From a bacterium (GTDB lineage: Bacteria; Patescibacteriota; Patescibacteriia; JACQRZ01), in NCBI GenBank assembly GCA_023246095.1, contig JAHFJA010000003.1, positions 10,782-74,781 of the forward strand: 64,000 nucleotides of DNA, in the 5' to 3' direction. The notes beneath the pieces are model-generated. The model searched no databases and was not told the origin of the DNA. It saw nothing but the letters and a program-made list of their open reading frames with translations. Positions 1-10,173 of this stretch are shown piece after piece (position 1 is the stretch's first letter; every line of letters begins with the position of its first letter). Both the position numbers and the translations under genes were made by a program.

Positions 1-1
1 G

Positions 2-136
2 CAAGCGCTTTCCGGTATCGAGGATGTAATGATGGAAGATCACCTGGGTACATGCGCGATTCGTCAAATCAAAACCGGTAAAGAGGACAAAGCTAAAGAA
101 GAGATTCTTAAGGTATATCGACTTAAACGAAAATAA
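2..136 (+). CDS. csoR: CsoR/RcnR-family metal-sensing repressor, C-terminal part (5'-truncated by window)
   Basis: Frame 2 reads QALSGIEDVMMEDHLGTCAIRQIKTGKEDKAKEEILKVYRLKRK*; H-x3-C Cu-ligand motif; directly upstream of copA. Confidence 0.8.
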   Translation, partial: QALSGIEDVMMEDHLGTCAIRQIKTGKEDKAKEEILKVYRLKRK

Positions 137-139
137 TGT

Positions 140-2455
140 ATGGCAATCACCAAGACATATAACGTAAAAGGAATGCACTGCGCATCGTGTGCAGGTATGA
201 TTGAAAAAACGTTTAAAAAGATAGAAGGAGTGAAGTCTGCTGAAGTGAATTATGGGACGGAAACGGCGAAAGTCTCATTTGATGATAAACAAGTAACTCA
301 TGAACACCTTACAAAGAGTATTGAACCTCTCGGATATTCTTTGACTGATTCTGAATCAACAAAGCATACTATGACTGCGGCTGAAATGGGTATGTCGGAG
401 AGTGAACATGCAGCGCATCTAGGTCTTTCTCAAACAAAAAAAGAGAAACTTGCTGAGTTGTCGGCCATGAAGCGCACGGTTATATCTATAATCCCTCTTG
501 TGTTGTTCAGTGTATTTGTCATGGCTTGGGAGATTGGCGGGCAGTTTGGTATTTTCACTGAGGTTCCGTATTTCTGGAAGGAGTTTTTTCATCACACACT
601 TCCTTTGATGGCGACGTATGTTCTCTTCGTTGTTGGGAAACCATATTTGCTGGGGTTATACCGTTTTCTTCGTTATGGCAAAGCGAATATGGATACATTG
701 ATTGGAATTGGCACATCGGTAGCGTATCTCTATAGTGTGATCATTACTTCGTTTGAGGATACGTTTCGACCATTTCTCAATGTTGATATTACTTACTACG
801 ACGTGACGATTATTGTCATTGCATTTATTTCGCTGGGAAAATATCTTGAGGTGCGATCGAAACTCAAGACGGGGGACGCAATAGAAAAGTTACTTGGTCT
901 GCAAGCGAAAACAGCCCTGGTTATCCGTGAAGGGAAAGAAGTTGAGCTACCAATTGGTCAGGTTATAAAAGGCGATTTTATCATCGTGAAACCGGCTGGA
1001 AAAATCCCCGTTGATGGAGTACTTACCGAGGGGTCATCGTATGTGGATGAATCGATGGTGACAGGGGAATCTATTCCCACACAAAAGGAATTAGGGAGTA
1101 CTGTAGTTGGTGGAACAATTAACACTTCGGGGTCGTTTGTGTTCAGAGCTACCAACATTGGTTCAGAAACATTGCTGGCAAATATTATAAAAATGGTGGG
1201 AGAGGCACAGGGTAGCAAGGCGCCTATTCAAGCTCTTGCCGATAAAATTTCAAGTATTTTTGTCCCTGCTGTGTTGGTGATTGCGTTTGTGACATTGGGC
1301 GTATGGCTATTGATCGGGACGTCGTATCTTGGATTCTCGCAGGCTTTGTCATACGGGCTTGTGTGCTTTGTAGGTATTTTGGTTATCGCATGTCCATGCG
1401 CGCTGGGTTTAGCCACACCAACGGCGATTATTGTTGGAGTAGGAAAAGGAGCACGAGAAGGTATTCTTATTAAAGATGCCGCAACCCTTGAGACACTCCA
1501 CAAAGCTAGTGTTGTAGTAGTTGATAAGACAGGCACCATCACACAAGGAAAGCCGGAACTTACTTCTATAAAGAATTATTCAGACAAGACTGACGTTGAG
1601 CTGATTTCGATTCTTGCTTCGCTTGAAAAAAAGTCCGAACACCCTATTGCGCATGCAATTGTTTCGTATGCGGATGAAAAAAAGATTTCGCTTGCTTCGG
1701 TAAAAAGTTTTGATGCCATTAAAGGGAAGGGTTTGCAGGGGGTGATAGGAAACACTGAGTATTATGCAGGAAATCTCGCATTGATCCAAAGTCTGAAACT
1801 TGATTTTAATATTCGTGATCTAGAAAAAGATACACAGGAAGGAAAGACACCGGTTATCGTGGCGACGACAAAGAAATTGTTGGGTGTGGTAATGGTGGCC
1901 GACGCAGTAAAGCCGGAAGCTGTTGAGGCCGTGAAGAGTCTTCATAAGCAAGGTATTAAAGTGGTTATGTTGACTGGTGACAATAAAAATACTGCGAAGT
2001 ATATCGCAGAGCAGGTAGGTATCGATGAAGTGTTTGCTCAAGTAACTCCGGAACAAAAATTAAAAAAAATAAAGGAGCTTCAAGCGGGAGGAGCGATTGT
2101 AGCAATGGCGGGTGACGGAGTCAATGATGCTCCCGCACTTGCGCAGGCTGATATAGGTATTGCAATGGCCACTGGTACTGATGTTGCAATTGAATCGGCA
2201 GGGATTACGTTGCTTCATGGAGATATCTCAAAATTGGTGAAGGCAATTAATCTTTCAAAGATCACCATGCGGGGGATAAAGCAAAATCTTTTTTGGGCAT
2301 TTGCATATAATGTTATTGGTATTCCTATTGCGGCAGGAATTCTGTATCCGTTTTTTGGGGTATTGCTCTCCCCTGTCTTTGCTGGTCTTGCCATGGCGCT
2401 TTCTAGTGTATCGGTAGTGGGAAATTCTTTGCGCATTAAAACTAAGAAATTGTAA
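140..2455 (+). CDS. copA: Cu(I)-translocating P1B-type ATPase
   Basis: N-terminal HMA GMHCASC, CPC, DKTGT, GDGVNDAPALA, YN and MALSS motifs. Confidence 0.97.
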   Translation: MAITKTYNVKGMHCASCAGMIEKTFKKIEGVKSAEVNYGTETAKVSFDDKQVTHEHLTKSIEPLGYSLTDSESTKHTMTAAEMGMSESEHAAHLGLSQTKKEKLAELSAMKRTVISIIPLVLFSVFVMAWEIGGQFGIFTEVPYFWKEFFHHTLPLMATYVLFVVGKPYLLGLYRFLRYGKANMDTLIGIGTSVAYLYSVIITSFEDTFRPFLNVDITYYDVTIIVIAFISLGKYLEVRSKLKTGDAIEKLLGLQAKTALVIREGKEVELPIGQVIKGDFIIVKPAGKIPVDGVLTEGSSYVDESMVTGESIPTQKELGSTVVGGTINTSGSFVFRATNIGSETLLANIIKMVGEAQGSKAPIQALADKISSIFVPAVLVIAFVTLGVWLLIGTSYLGFSQALSYGLVCFVGILVIACPCALGLATPTAIIVGVGKGAREGILIKDAATLETLHKASVVVVDKTGTITQGKPELTSIKNYSDKTDVELISILASLEKKSEHPIAHAIVSYADEKKISLASVKSFDAIKGKGLQGVIGNTEYYAGNLALIQSLKLDFNIRDLEKDTQEGKTPVIVATTKKLLGVVMVADAVKPEAVEAVKSLHKQGIKVVMLTGDNKNTAKYIAEQVGIDEVFAQVTPEQKLKKIKELQAGGAIVAMAGDGVNDAPALAQADIGIAMATGTDVAIESAGITLLHGDISKLVKAINLSKITMRGIKQNLFWAFAYNVIGIPIAAGILYPFFGVLLSPVFAGLAMALSSVSVVGNSLRIKTKKL

Positions 2456-2459
2456 CTAT

Positions 2460-3479
2460 ATGAATACATACACTTTCTATGTAAGCGGAATGCATTGCAA
2501 GTCATGTGTTAGCATGATTGACAGCGAATTATCGGAACTTCCCTATATCACTGAAGCAAAATCAAATCTTTCAACGTGTTCAGTGGATGTTGCGGGAGAA
2601 TTTGGTGATAAGTCTCCAGAGAATATTGCACAAGAGCTGACTCAAGTGATTGCAAAACATGGATATCGTTGTTCAGTAGAAAAACAAACACCACCAAAAA
2701 ATTGGTCAGATTTCAAAATGGCAATCCCTGTTGCTGTTGTATTTTTGATATTGTTCGTCGTTTTACAGAAGGTGGGTCTTGTAAATTTTGTAAATACTAG
2801 TAGTGTGTCATATGGAACATCGTTTGCAATTGGTCTTATTGCCTCACTTTCTTCTTGTCTAGCTGTGGTGGGTGGATTGCTGCTTTCGATGTCGGCTACG
2901 TTTGCAAAAGAAGGCGACAAGATGAAGCCACAGTTATTGTTCCACGCGGGTCGTCTTATATCGTTTTTCATTCTTGGCGGCGTAATCGGTGCAGTCGGGG
3001 CTGTGTTTACCTTGAGCCCTGCTGCTACGTTTACTGTGGGTATCATTGTTGGCGTAGTGATGCTCATCCTGGGTATTAATCTTCTGGATGTATTTCCATG
3101 GGCAAAGCGTTTACAGCCTTCAATGCCGAAATTTATAGCAAAACGAGCTCAAGGCGTATCGAAACTGAATCATACCTTCACGCCATTTCTCGTTGGGATT
3201 GTCACATTTTTTCTCCCGTGTGGTTTTACACAATCAATGCAATTATATACACTCACCACGGGAAGCTTTTTGAAAGGGGGATTGACTATGGGGGCGTTTG
3301 CATTGGGAACATTGCCGGTACTTGCGTTGATCAGTTTCAGCTCGTTCAGTATTCAGAATAGTTCAAAGGCGGGCGTATTTTTCAAAACAGCAGGATTGAT
3401 TGTAATTTTATTCGCTTTGTTTAATCTCATTAATAGTCTTGTGGTGATCGGTTTAATACCACCTCTCTTTAATATCTAG
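2460..3479 (+). CDS. HMA domain + DsbD_2/TauE-SafE-like membrane protein
   Basis: GMHCKSC HMA motif; SSCLAVVGG and FFLPCGFTQ motifs; multiple TM helices; in the cop operon. Confidence 0.85.
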   Translation: MNTYTFYVSGMHCKSCVSMIDSELSELPYITEAKSNLSTCSVDVAGEFGDKSPENIAQELTQVIAKHGYRCSVEKQTPPKNWSDFKMAIPVAVVFLILFVVLQKVGLVNFVNTSSVSYGTSFAIGLIASLSSCLAVVGGLLLSMSATFAKEGDKMKPQLLFHAGRLISFFILGGVIGAVGAVFTLSPAATFTVGIIVGVVMLILGINLLDVFPWAKRLQPSMPKFIAKRAQGVSKLNHTFTPFLVGIVTFFLPCGFTQSMQLYTLTTGSFLKGGLTMGAFALGTLPVLALISFSSFSIQNSSKAGVFFKTAGLIVILFALFNLINSLVVIGLIPPLFNI

Positions 3480-3489
3480 TTCTATCTCT

Positions 3490-3906
3490 ATGTCTCAAGA
3501 AAAGGCGCCAAAATCTACAAAGTTATTTATCATTGCTTTTGTTTCTGTCGTGGTGGTGATGGGCGCGGGGATATTTTTTACACTGAATAAAAAAACGGAA
3601 AGTAACGCAGTGGCAGTGAATAATACCAATATAAGTGGTGATAAACAAATTATTGAAATACATGCGAAAGGTGGATACCAACCTCGCAAGAGTGTTGCAA
3701 AGGCGGGTGTGCCTACCGTCGTACGATTTGTCACCAAAGGGACATTCGATTGTTCGTCAACGATAAGTATTCCAAGTATGAAAATAAGCCGAAGTCTTCC
3801 TCCTTCAGGGTCGACCGATATTGATTTGGGTACGGTCGCAGCAGGGGTGTTGCAAGGAACATGCGGAATGGGTATGTATCCTTTTGAGATTGATTTTCAG
3901 AGTTAA
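3490..3906 (+). CDS. Cupredoxin-domain protein
   Basis: N-terminal TM, GGYQP and C-terminal CGMGM motif. Confidence 0.85.
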   Translation: MSQEKAPKSTKLFIIAFVSVVVVMGAGIFFTLNKKTESNAVAVNNTNISGDKQIIEIHAKGGYQPRKSVAKAGVPTVVRFVTKGTFDCSSTISIPSMKISRSLPPSGSTDIDLGTVAAGVLQGTCGMGMYPFEIDFQS

Positions 3907-3921
3907 TCGATTGGCAGACTA

Positions 3922-3949
3922 TTGACACGGCAATGTATATACGTATAAT
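3922..3949 (+). promoter_or_regulatory. Sigma70 promoter of ORFan cassette
   Basis: TTGACA-16-TATAAT. Confidence 0.75.
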
Positions 3950-4024
3950 CAATGATTATCAATAAATAATTGATAGTCCTCGCCATGGGGTAGCATGGAA
4001 TTATGTACATTTTGGAGGAATAAA

Positions 4025-4282
4025 ATGGGAAAACCATTACATGAGAGTCTAGTATCGGTAATAGAGAATGCTAAACCGGAAGGACTGAAAAGTCTTGCAG
4101 CGCTTATCGTCGCTACTAACATTCCCAAAAATCATGTTGCTATATCTGAAGCCTGGCAGATCCGTGTCAGCGAACTTGAGTTGAGACCCGACGTATACGG
4201 GAATATTCCGCAGGTTCTTGTGGAAAAGGCAGAAGAAGCAAGACAAGCACACCCAAAAAATCAGGAGGTGACCACTCACTAA
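4025..4282 (+). CDS. Hypothetical protein (solo cassette)
   Basis: GGAGG at 4014-4018 before ATG 4025; hairpin AAGTGC...GCACTT at 4302-4328 downstream. Confidence 0.7.
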   Translation: MGKPLHESLVSVIENAKPEGLKSLAALIVATNIPKNHVAISEAWQIRVSELELRPDVYGNIPQVLVEKAEEARQAHPKNQEVTTH

Positions 4283-4359
4283 AAGTAACAACAGTATTAA
4301 TAAGTGCACGACCTAAGGTACGGCACTTATTTATTTACAGTACATACCAATTGTTTGAC

Positions 4360-5751
4360 TTACCCCCGCTTTACGCATTTTTGATACAAGTTTTTAAACA
4401 TTCCTTTTGGATCGTACTTTGTTTTTAGTGCATCATAATCCTTTTTATTATAGAGCTGCCAGAATTCGTTTTCGGGATAGTATGAGGATGAGTAAAGGGA
4501 TTTCTTTCCGCCCAGTTCTTTCACTTTGTTTTCGATGAGCCGGTTGTAATGCCCTTCTTCTTTCTCTGACGCTACCGAATCCCAAAAACCAAAGTTTATA
4601 TAGAGCTGTTTTGGTTTGACAGCAAATAAACTAAAAATATTTTCAGAAGGTGTGGTGGGACACGTCCATACTGGTTTAATGCCGATCTCGCGATGAAAGA
4701 AGTCCATGAATTCGGGAGCATGTTCAATAGGAATTTCGACATCCTGGATGATTGATTCTCTTTTTCCGTTAATCGCTGACAAAAGGTTCGTTATTTTATA
4801 CTGGGTCGCAAGTTTCTTTATTTTCCAATACGTCGTAGATCGGAGGAGACGAGGAGTTGCAAGAAAACGAATGAGGGGATTTTGTGCACCAAATACACGG
4901 GAGCACCAAAACCAGTCAGTATCCCATCTCCATATATAATCATGGGTGGTTAGATAGTCTTCTTTTTTTTGGAGGATTGATCGGTAGTATATACCCATGT
5001 AGGTATAGTTACTGACCTGAGGTGCGGTGTCGACAAATTGTCCGATACTCAAATAGTACACCCCGCGATCGAACGCTACACCGTCGATAAAATCAACAAC
5101 GTCATGAGACTTGCCAGATCGATTACATACATCTTTTATTGAATCGAAAAATAATGCCGGATCGGTGAAAGAAGAATGGGTGACGTGAACATATTTTTTT
5201 ATCGGGATGAGGGCGACAGCGAGTATTAGTGCGTATCCGAGAGTGCCGTATGAATTGGGAAAACCAAAAAATAGATCGCGATTTTCATTGTTTGGCGAAC
5301 ATGTCCGTACTATGCCGTCTCCACAGAGAATTTCCATCTCTTGTACTGTCTCATGGACAAATCCATAACGGAACGATGTTGCTTCAATACCAACCCCCGT
5401 GACCGCACCGCCGACAGTGATAGATTTTAGTTCCGGCACGACTGTCGGCATGAGATTGTAAGGCAGGGTTTGTTTCACGAGCTCTTCATAGGTGGTCATC
5501 CCTTCGACGTACGCAATTCGGTTTGTGGGATCGACAGAAACAACTCGATTCAAATTACCGAGATTGAGTTTGTGTATACTTCCTTGAGCGCGATCACGAA
5601 ATAAGTTGGATGTTTTTTTTCCGCCAATAGCAACAGAAGTCCCCGATGTCCGGTGTTTAATAATTTCAGAAAATTCTTGTACTGCTAATTCTTTTTTTGA
5701 TTCGTATTGCTGTGGCGTGTCCATCTCTTGATGAGCATTTTGTTCGTCCAT
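4360..5751 (-). CDS. FAD-binding oxidoreductase, TmsA/BfaA-like (10-methylene acyl reductase family)
   Basis: KKTSNLFR, VVPELKSITVGGAVTGVGIE, WRWDTDWFWCSRxFGAQNP, QDVEIP, KSLYS motifs; start revised to ATG 5751 just after the cfa stop. Confidence 0.85.
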   Translation of the reverse strand: MDEQNAHQEMDTPQQYESKKELAVQEFSEIIKHRTSGTSVAIGGKKTSNLFRDRAQGSIHKLNLGNLNRVVSVDPTNRIAYVEGMTTYEELVKQTLPYNLMPTVVPELKSITVGGAVTGVGIEATSFRYGFVHETVQEMEILCGDGIVRTCSPNNENRDLFFGFPNSYGTLGYALILAVALIPIKKYVHVTHSSFTDPALFFDSIKDVCNRSGKSHDVVDFIDGVAFDRGVYYLSIGQFVDTAPQVSNYTYMGIYYRSILQKKEDYLTTHDYIWRWDTDWFWCSRVFGAQNPLIRFLATPRLLRSTTYWKIKKLATQYKITNLLSAINGKRESIIQDVEIPIEHAPEFMDFFHREIGIKPVWTCPTTPSENIFSLFAVKPKQLYINFGFWDSVASEKEEGHYNRLIENKVKELGGKKSLYSSSYYPENEFWQLYNKKDYDALKTKYDPKGMFKNLYQKCVKRG

Positions 5752-5758
5752 AGTGTAT

Positions 5759-6886
5759 CTATCTGATAGATTCGTAACCACTTCGTACTCCGCCTTTAGA
5801 ATAAACAATCTGCCACAATTGATTTCGTCGTGAGCGGAAACTGCCGGCGCAGCATAGTAAGTAATATTTCCACATGCGATAGAATCTATCATTAAAGTGA
5901 TCTGACTTGATGGTTGGCCAGTTGCGCTCAAAATTTTCATACCATGCCATCAGGGTTTTGTCGTAGTTGGTGCTCAGGTTATGCCAATCCTCCATCACAA
6001 ATAATCGTTCTGCTGCCTTTGAAAGTTGTGCAATCGACGGAAGCATTGAATTTGGGAAAATATATTTTTCAATCCATGGATCGGTGCCGGTGACTGACTT
6101 GCTTCCACCGATAGTGTGAAGGAAAAATATGCCATCTTGCTTGAGGCAGCGATGCGCAAGTTCCATGAATCCTCGGTAGTTGCGATATCCCACATGTTCA
6201 GCCATACCGATCGATACAACCTTATCGAATACACCGGTAGCTTCGCGGTAATCAGAAAGGATGAACTTTACATCAAGACCCTTTCCTTTTTCTTTTGCAT
6301 ACGCGACCTGCTCTTTCGAAATGTTATAGCCGGTAACTTTCACCCCATAGTTTTTGGCAGCAAAACGAGCGAATCCCCCCCAACCACAGCCGAGTTCCAA
6401 GACCGTCTCGCCGGGTTTTAACATGGCTTTTTTGCAGATCAGGTGCAGTTTATCTTCCTGGGCCTTATTGAGGTCTTTTGCTTCTTTCCAGTAGCCACAG
6501 GTATATTGCATGTTGGGATCCAACATTTTTTCATAAAAGTCATTTCCGAGGTCATAATGCTGCATCGCAACCTTGGTTGAGCGCGCTTTTGTTTGCATGT
6601 TAAGCAAATGTGCTTTGGGTACAAGGAGAAGCGTTTTTAAATCAACATTTACTTGTTTTTCGATATTAGGAACCGAAAGGACTTTATCAAAAAATTGATC
6701 GAGAGCGGGGACATCCCACCATCCATCCATATATGACTCACCAAGGGCTAGTGATCCTTGGGATAAAATACGATGGTAAAATGATTCATTGTTAATCTGA
6801 ATATCCCACGGCTTTCCTCCATTGATTGTTATCCCTGCTAAAGAGAGGATCTCTTGTGCCTTGTCTTGAAAAACACTGTTTGGCAT
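5759..6886 (-). CDS. cfa: Cyclopropane-fatty-acyl-phospholipid synthase family SAM methyltransferase
   Basis: GSLALGESYMDGWWD, HYDLGNDFY, LELGCGWGG, FYRMWKYYL. Confidence 0.93.
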   Translation of the reverse strand: MPNSVFQDKAQEILSLAGITINGGKPWDIQINNESFYHRILSQGSLALGESYMDGWWDVPALDQFFDKVLSVPNIEKQVNVDLKTLLLVPKAHLLNMQTKARSTKVAMQHYDLGNDFYEKMLDPNMQYTCGYWKEAKDLNKAQEDKLHLICKKAMLKPGETVLELGCGWGGFARFAAKNYGVKVTGYNISKEQVAYAKEKGKGLDVKFILSDYREATGVFDKVVSIGMAEHVGYRNYRGFMELAHRCLKQDGIFFLHTIGGSKSVTGTDPWIEKYIFPNSMLPSIAQLSKAAERLFVMEDWHNLSTNYDKTLMAWYENFERNWPTIKSDHFNDRFYRMWKYYLLCCAGSFRSRRNQLWQIVYSKGGVRSGYESIR

Positions 6887-6957
6887 ACAGTAAATAATAT
6901 GAATCGGCTAGTACACGTAGTGTACCTTAGATTCTGTAAATATCAAGAGGGAGACAG

Positions 6958-6990
6958 CAAAAAAGCGGCAATCATGGTACCGCTTTTTTG
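6958..6990 (-). terminator. Intrinsic terminator
   Basis: CAAAAAAGCGG...CCGCTTTTTTG inverted repeat after the 7008-7361 gene. Confidence 0.7.
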
Positions 6991-7007
6991 TGGGGAAACG
7001 AGAGGGT

Positions 7008-7361
7008 TTATTGTGTGATTGGTTTTTGATCAACACTTCCTTTGAGTAGGGCGTTGATAATTGAGAGCACAAGACTAAATAACAGTGCCCACCAAAATCC
7101 GTTTACTGAAAAACCTGGAACGATTTGAGCGGCAAGTAAAATCATAAGTGCATTCACGACGAATGTAAATAGCCCGAGCGTGAGGATGTTGAGCGGGAGG
7201 GTGATTAGGAGGACAAGGGGACGGATCAGGGCGTTAATAAGCCCGAGAACTATCGCAAGTACCAACGCGGTAAGGAAATTATTCACATCGACGCCCGGTA
7301 AAATATAGGCGGCTACGAGGATGGCAAGCGCAGAAATAAGCCAGTTAAGGAGAATGGCCAT
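7008..7361 (-). CDS. YvlD/phage-holin-4 family 4-TM membrane protein
   Basis: LGLINALIRP, TLPLNILTLGLF, FWWALLFS motifs. Confidence 0.85.
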   Translation of the reverse strand: MAILLNWLISALAILVAAYILPGVDVNNFLTALVLAIVLGLINALIRPLVLLITLPLNILTLGLFTFVVNALMILLAAQIVPGFSVNGFWWALLFSLVLSIINALLKGSVDQKPITQ

Positions 7362-7423
7362 AAAGAGGAAAGATATTAAGAATAATGATATTGTATTACA
7401 ATAAGTATACTCTTTATTCCCCT

Positions 7424-8275
7424 ATGTCCCCAATGAAACGTCAACCCTACTCAGGACCGCATTATACCCCCATGATTCTCGCATTGGTTGCAATGGGGAT
7501 ACTGGTAGGCGCGTATTTCTTTTTTCAAAAAACTCCGGCTAAAGAAGACGTGTCGACCGCGAACTCCGAACAAGTGGCGCCATTAATCCCTGTTCCTACT
7601 ACCGCCGTAGTACCTGTTATCGAACCGCCAAAAGAAGAACCTATCGTAATTGAGAAAAAAACGACAGAAGAGAAGAATCCTGAGTTTGGCATCACAACCG
7701 CATATCCGGCTCTCAAAAAAGGGGACGTGAGTGTTGATGACATCAATGCGACGATACGAATTTTCGTTGATGGCACCATAAAACAATTTAAAGACGATTT
7801 TAATAATGCAAAAAAAGAAGGAAGTACGGGTAACCCTGATGAGACATGGAGTTTGACGATTGGTTATGATACTCCCTACCAATCTTCAGATTATATTTCA
7901 CTTGAGTTATCGGTCGATAGTTATGAAGGTGGTGCCCATCCAAATGGAACAGTAAAAACGTTTGTCGTTGATGTGAAGAATCAGAAAATACTTTCCCTTG
8001 ATGATATCCTTATCTCAAATACGTCGCTCAAAGATCTTTCCGCACTTGCGATTGCAGATTTAAAAAAGCGGAATGTATCAGATGATGATTGGATTACAAG
8101 CGGTGCATCTGGCAAAACAGAAAATTATCAGGCGTGGTACCTCTCTTCAAACGGTTTGACGATATTATTTTCATCATATCAAGTCGCGCCGTATGCAGCG
8201 GGGGTACAAGAAGTGACGATTTCCCCATTAAAGTTATCGGATTTAATTAAGCCAGAATATATCCTGACCAAGTAG
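7424..8275 (+). CDS. DUF3298/DUF4163 (RsiV/PdaC-like) membrane-anchored protein
   Basis: N-terminal TM; YEGGAHPN and YQVAPYAAG motifs; TATACT at 7406-7411 supports ATG 7424. Confidence 0.8.
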   Translation: MSPMKRQPYSGPHYTPMILALVAMGILVGAYFFFQKTPAKEDVSTANSEQVAPLIPVPTTAVVPVIEPPKEEPIVIEKKTTEEKNPEFGITTAYPALKKGDVSVDDINATIRIFVDGTIKQFKDDFNNAKKEGSTGNPDETWSLTIGYDTPYQSSDYISLELSVDSYEGGAHPNGTVKTFVVDVKNQKILSLDDILISNTSLKDLSALAIADLKKRNVSDDDWITSGASGKTENYQAWYLSSNGLTILFSSYQVAPYAAGVQEVTISPLKLSDLIKPEYILTK

Positions 8276-8349
8276 AGAATGTATTTTATTTAAGCGTTGC
8301 AGTACACGTGGTAAATTTTTTAATAGTTCAATGCTATAATGAGCATACT

Positions 8350-10128
8350 ATGACATCTTCTTCGTCGGCTACAGATTCAAAAAGAGAATATTCTACTGTT
8401 GAACTGCTTCGTGATTTGTGGGGCCTCATGAAAGGTAAACGGTTTACCTTTGTCTTAGGATCACTAATGAAACTCTTCGCAAGAGTTTTGTCTTTGTATC
8501 CCGTCTACGCATTTGCGAAAATCGTATCATTCTTTAGTGGATTTCATGCAGGGATATCCCTCCAACCAGTATGGACGTATCTTGCTTTGTGGTTTCTCAG
8601 TATGATCGCAAGAATATTTTTTGGATACTTTTCAAATTGGCTGGTGTTCCACATTACGGTGCGAACTTGGTTGAATGGTGAAGTGGCTGCCCTGTATCAT
8701 GTACTGCTCCTCGATATTTCATGGCACGAGCACGAGAACACGGGTAACAAATTAAAGCGTATTAATCGCGGCGCAATGGCGTTTGATGGACTGCTTCGAC
8801 TTTGGCATAATCAAGTACTTACGGTGGTCGTAAGCTTTGTCGGTGTGATTACTATAATTGCAATGATTGATATTGTTGCCGCAGGAAGTATCGCTCTTTA
8901 TCTTATCGTCTACTACGTAGTGGCTTCGCGTCTCACTGTAAAAACAAGGACGGCTTCACGAGCGGTAAATATTGCAGAGGAAGAGGCGAGTGGACTCAGT
9001 TTTGAAGTGTTAAACAACGTAAGAACGGTCAAAGTACTGGGCATGACTAATGGGTTCAAATCACATATACAAAAAGCGGCTAATAATATATTTGAAAAAT
9101 TTCACGGAAGAGTATTTTGGTTTCAACTAAGAGGAGGTATCCTCGATTCGATCTCCTCGATATTTACTATCGTTACTTTGGTCTACATTGTGTATGGGAT
9201 ATCTCAAGGCCGTTATAATGTAGGCTTTCTCGTACTATTTTTTGGGTACTTTGAACAAGTGACAAACGCAATTGATCGTGTTGCGGAGCTTGCGCAGGAT
9301 TATCTGCTCATGCAACAAAATATTGTGAGGCTAAAAGAGCTGACCGACATTCCTGTCGGCATTGATGAGGATACTGGCAAGCGATCATTTCCAAAAAACT
9401 GGCAAACACTTACGCTCTCTAACGTCTCATTTCACTATCGTGACAATGAAGTTTTGAAAAATATAACGCTTGAAATTAATCGTGGAGAAAAGATCGGTAT
9501 TGTAGGTCTTTCGGGGGCAGGAAAGTCGACGTTGTTTAAATTATTGCTCAAAGAATACGAAGATTATACCGGAGATATTATGGTCAACGATGTGGCGCTC
9601 AAGAATATCCGCCGTAGTGCATACCTTGATCATATCGCTGTCGTTATGCAAGAAACAGAAGTGTTTAATTTTTCTCTCAAGGAGAATATCGTGATGGCAA
9701 ATCCTTCAGCGAGACGTGATAAGGCATTTCTTTCTCGGGCTATGCAGACTGCTCATGTGACGGATTTTATATCTAAACTGCCGGAAGGGGTTGACACTCT
9801 TATTGGTGAAAAGGGCGTGAAGCTATCTGGCGGAGAAAAACAACGCCTTGGTATTGCCCGCGCGATTTTTAAAAAGCCGGAGATACTTTTCATGGATGAG
9901 GCAACTTCACATCTCGATTTGGAGTCTGAAGAAAAGATTCGTGATTCGCTGCACAAGTTTTTCAAAGACATTACTGCTGTCGTAATTGCACACCGCCTCA
10001 CGACAGTAAAACTGATGGATCGGATTATCGTTTTGGAAGGTGGACGCATTATCGAACAAGGGACGTTCGATCAGCTCATGAAACAAGAAGGACGATTTTA
10101 CACTCTTTGGCAGAAACAGCAGTTGTAG
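8350..10128 (+). CDS. ABC exporter (TMD+NBD), copy 1
   Basis: GLSGAGKS, LSGGEKQR, MDEAT, IAHRL; TGCTATAAT 9 nt before ATG 8350. Confidence 0.93.
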   Translation: MTSSSSATDSKREYSTVELLRDLWGLMKGKRFTFVLGSLMKLFARVLSLYPVYAFAKIVSFFSGFHAGISLQPVWTYLALWFLSMIARIFFGYFSNWLVFHITVRTWLNGEVAALYHVLLLDISWHEHENTGNKLKRINRGAMAFDGLLRLWHNQVLTVVVSFVGVITIIAMIDIVAAGSIALYLIVYYVVASRLTVKTRTASRAVNIAEEEASGLSFEVLNNVRTVKVLGMTNGFKSHIQKAANNIFEKFHGRVFWFQLRGGILDSISSIFTIVTLVYIVYGISQGRYNVGFLVLFFGYFEQVTNAIDRVAELAQDYLLMQQNIVRLKELTDIPVGIDEDTGKRSFPKNWQTLTLSNVSFHYRDNEVLKNITLEINRGEKIGIVGLSGAGKSTLFKLLLKEYEDYTGDIMVNDVALKNIRRSAYLDHIAVVMQETEVFNFSLKENIVMANPSARRDKAFLSRAMQTAHVTDFISKLPEGVDTLIGEKGVKLSGGEKQRLGIARAIFKKPEILFMDEATSHLDLESEEKIRDSLHKFFKDITAVVIAHRLTTVKLMDRIIVLEGGRIIEQGTFDQLMKQEGRFYTLWQKQQL

Positions 10129-10173
10129 GTGAGTGTAGTTATCATTATAGTACGATGCTATAATGATCATACT

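Noticed and set aside
5752-5940. N-terminal extension of the FAD oxidoreductase in the ORF track (similar extensions at 8308, 10129, 11997, 36291, 38051, 52772, 58273)
   Set aside because: Each overlaps the upstream gene or promoter; a better ATG with -10 or SD context lies downstream
7008-7361. Holin as evidence of a prophage
   Set aside because: The YvlD family is common on chromosomes; no endolysin or phage genes are adjacent
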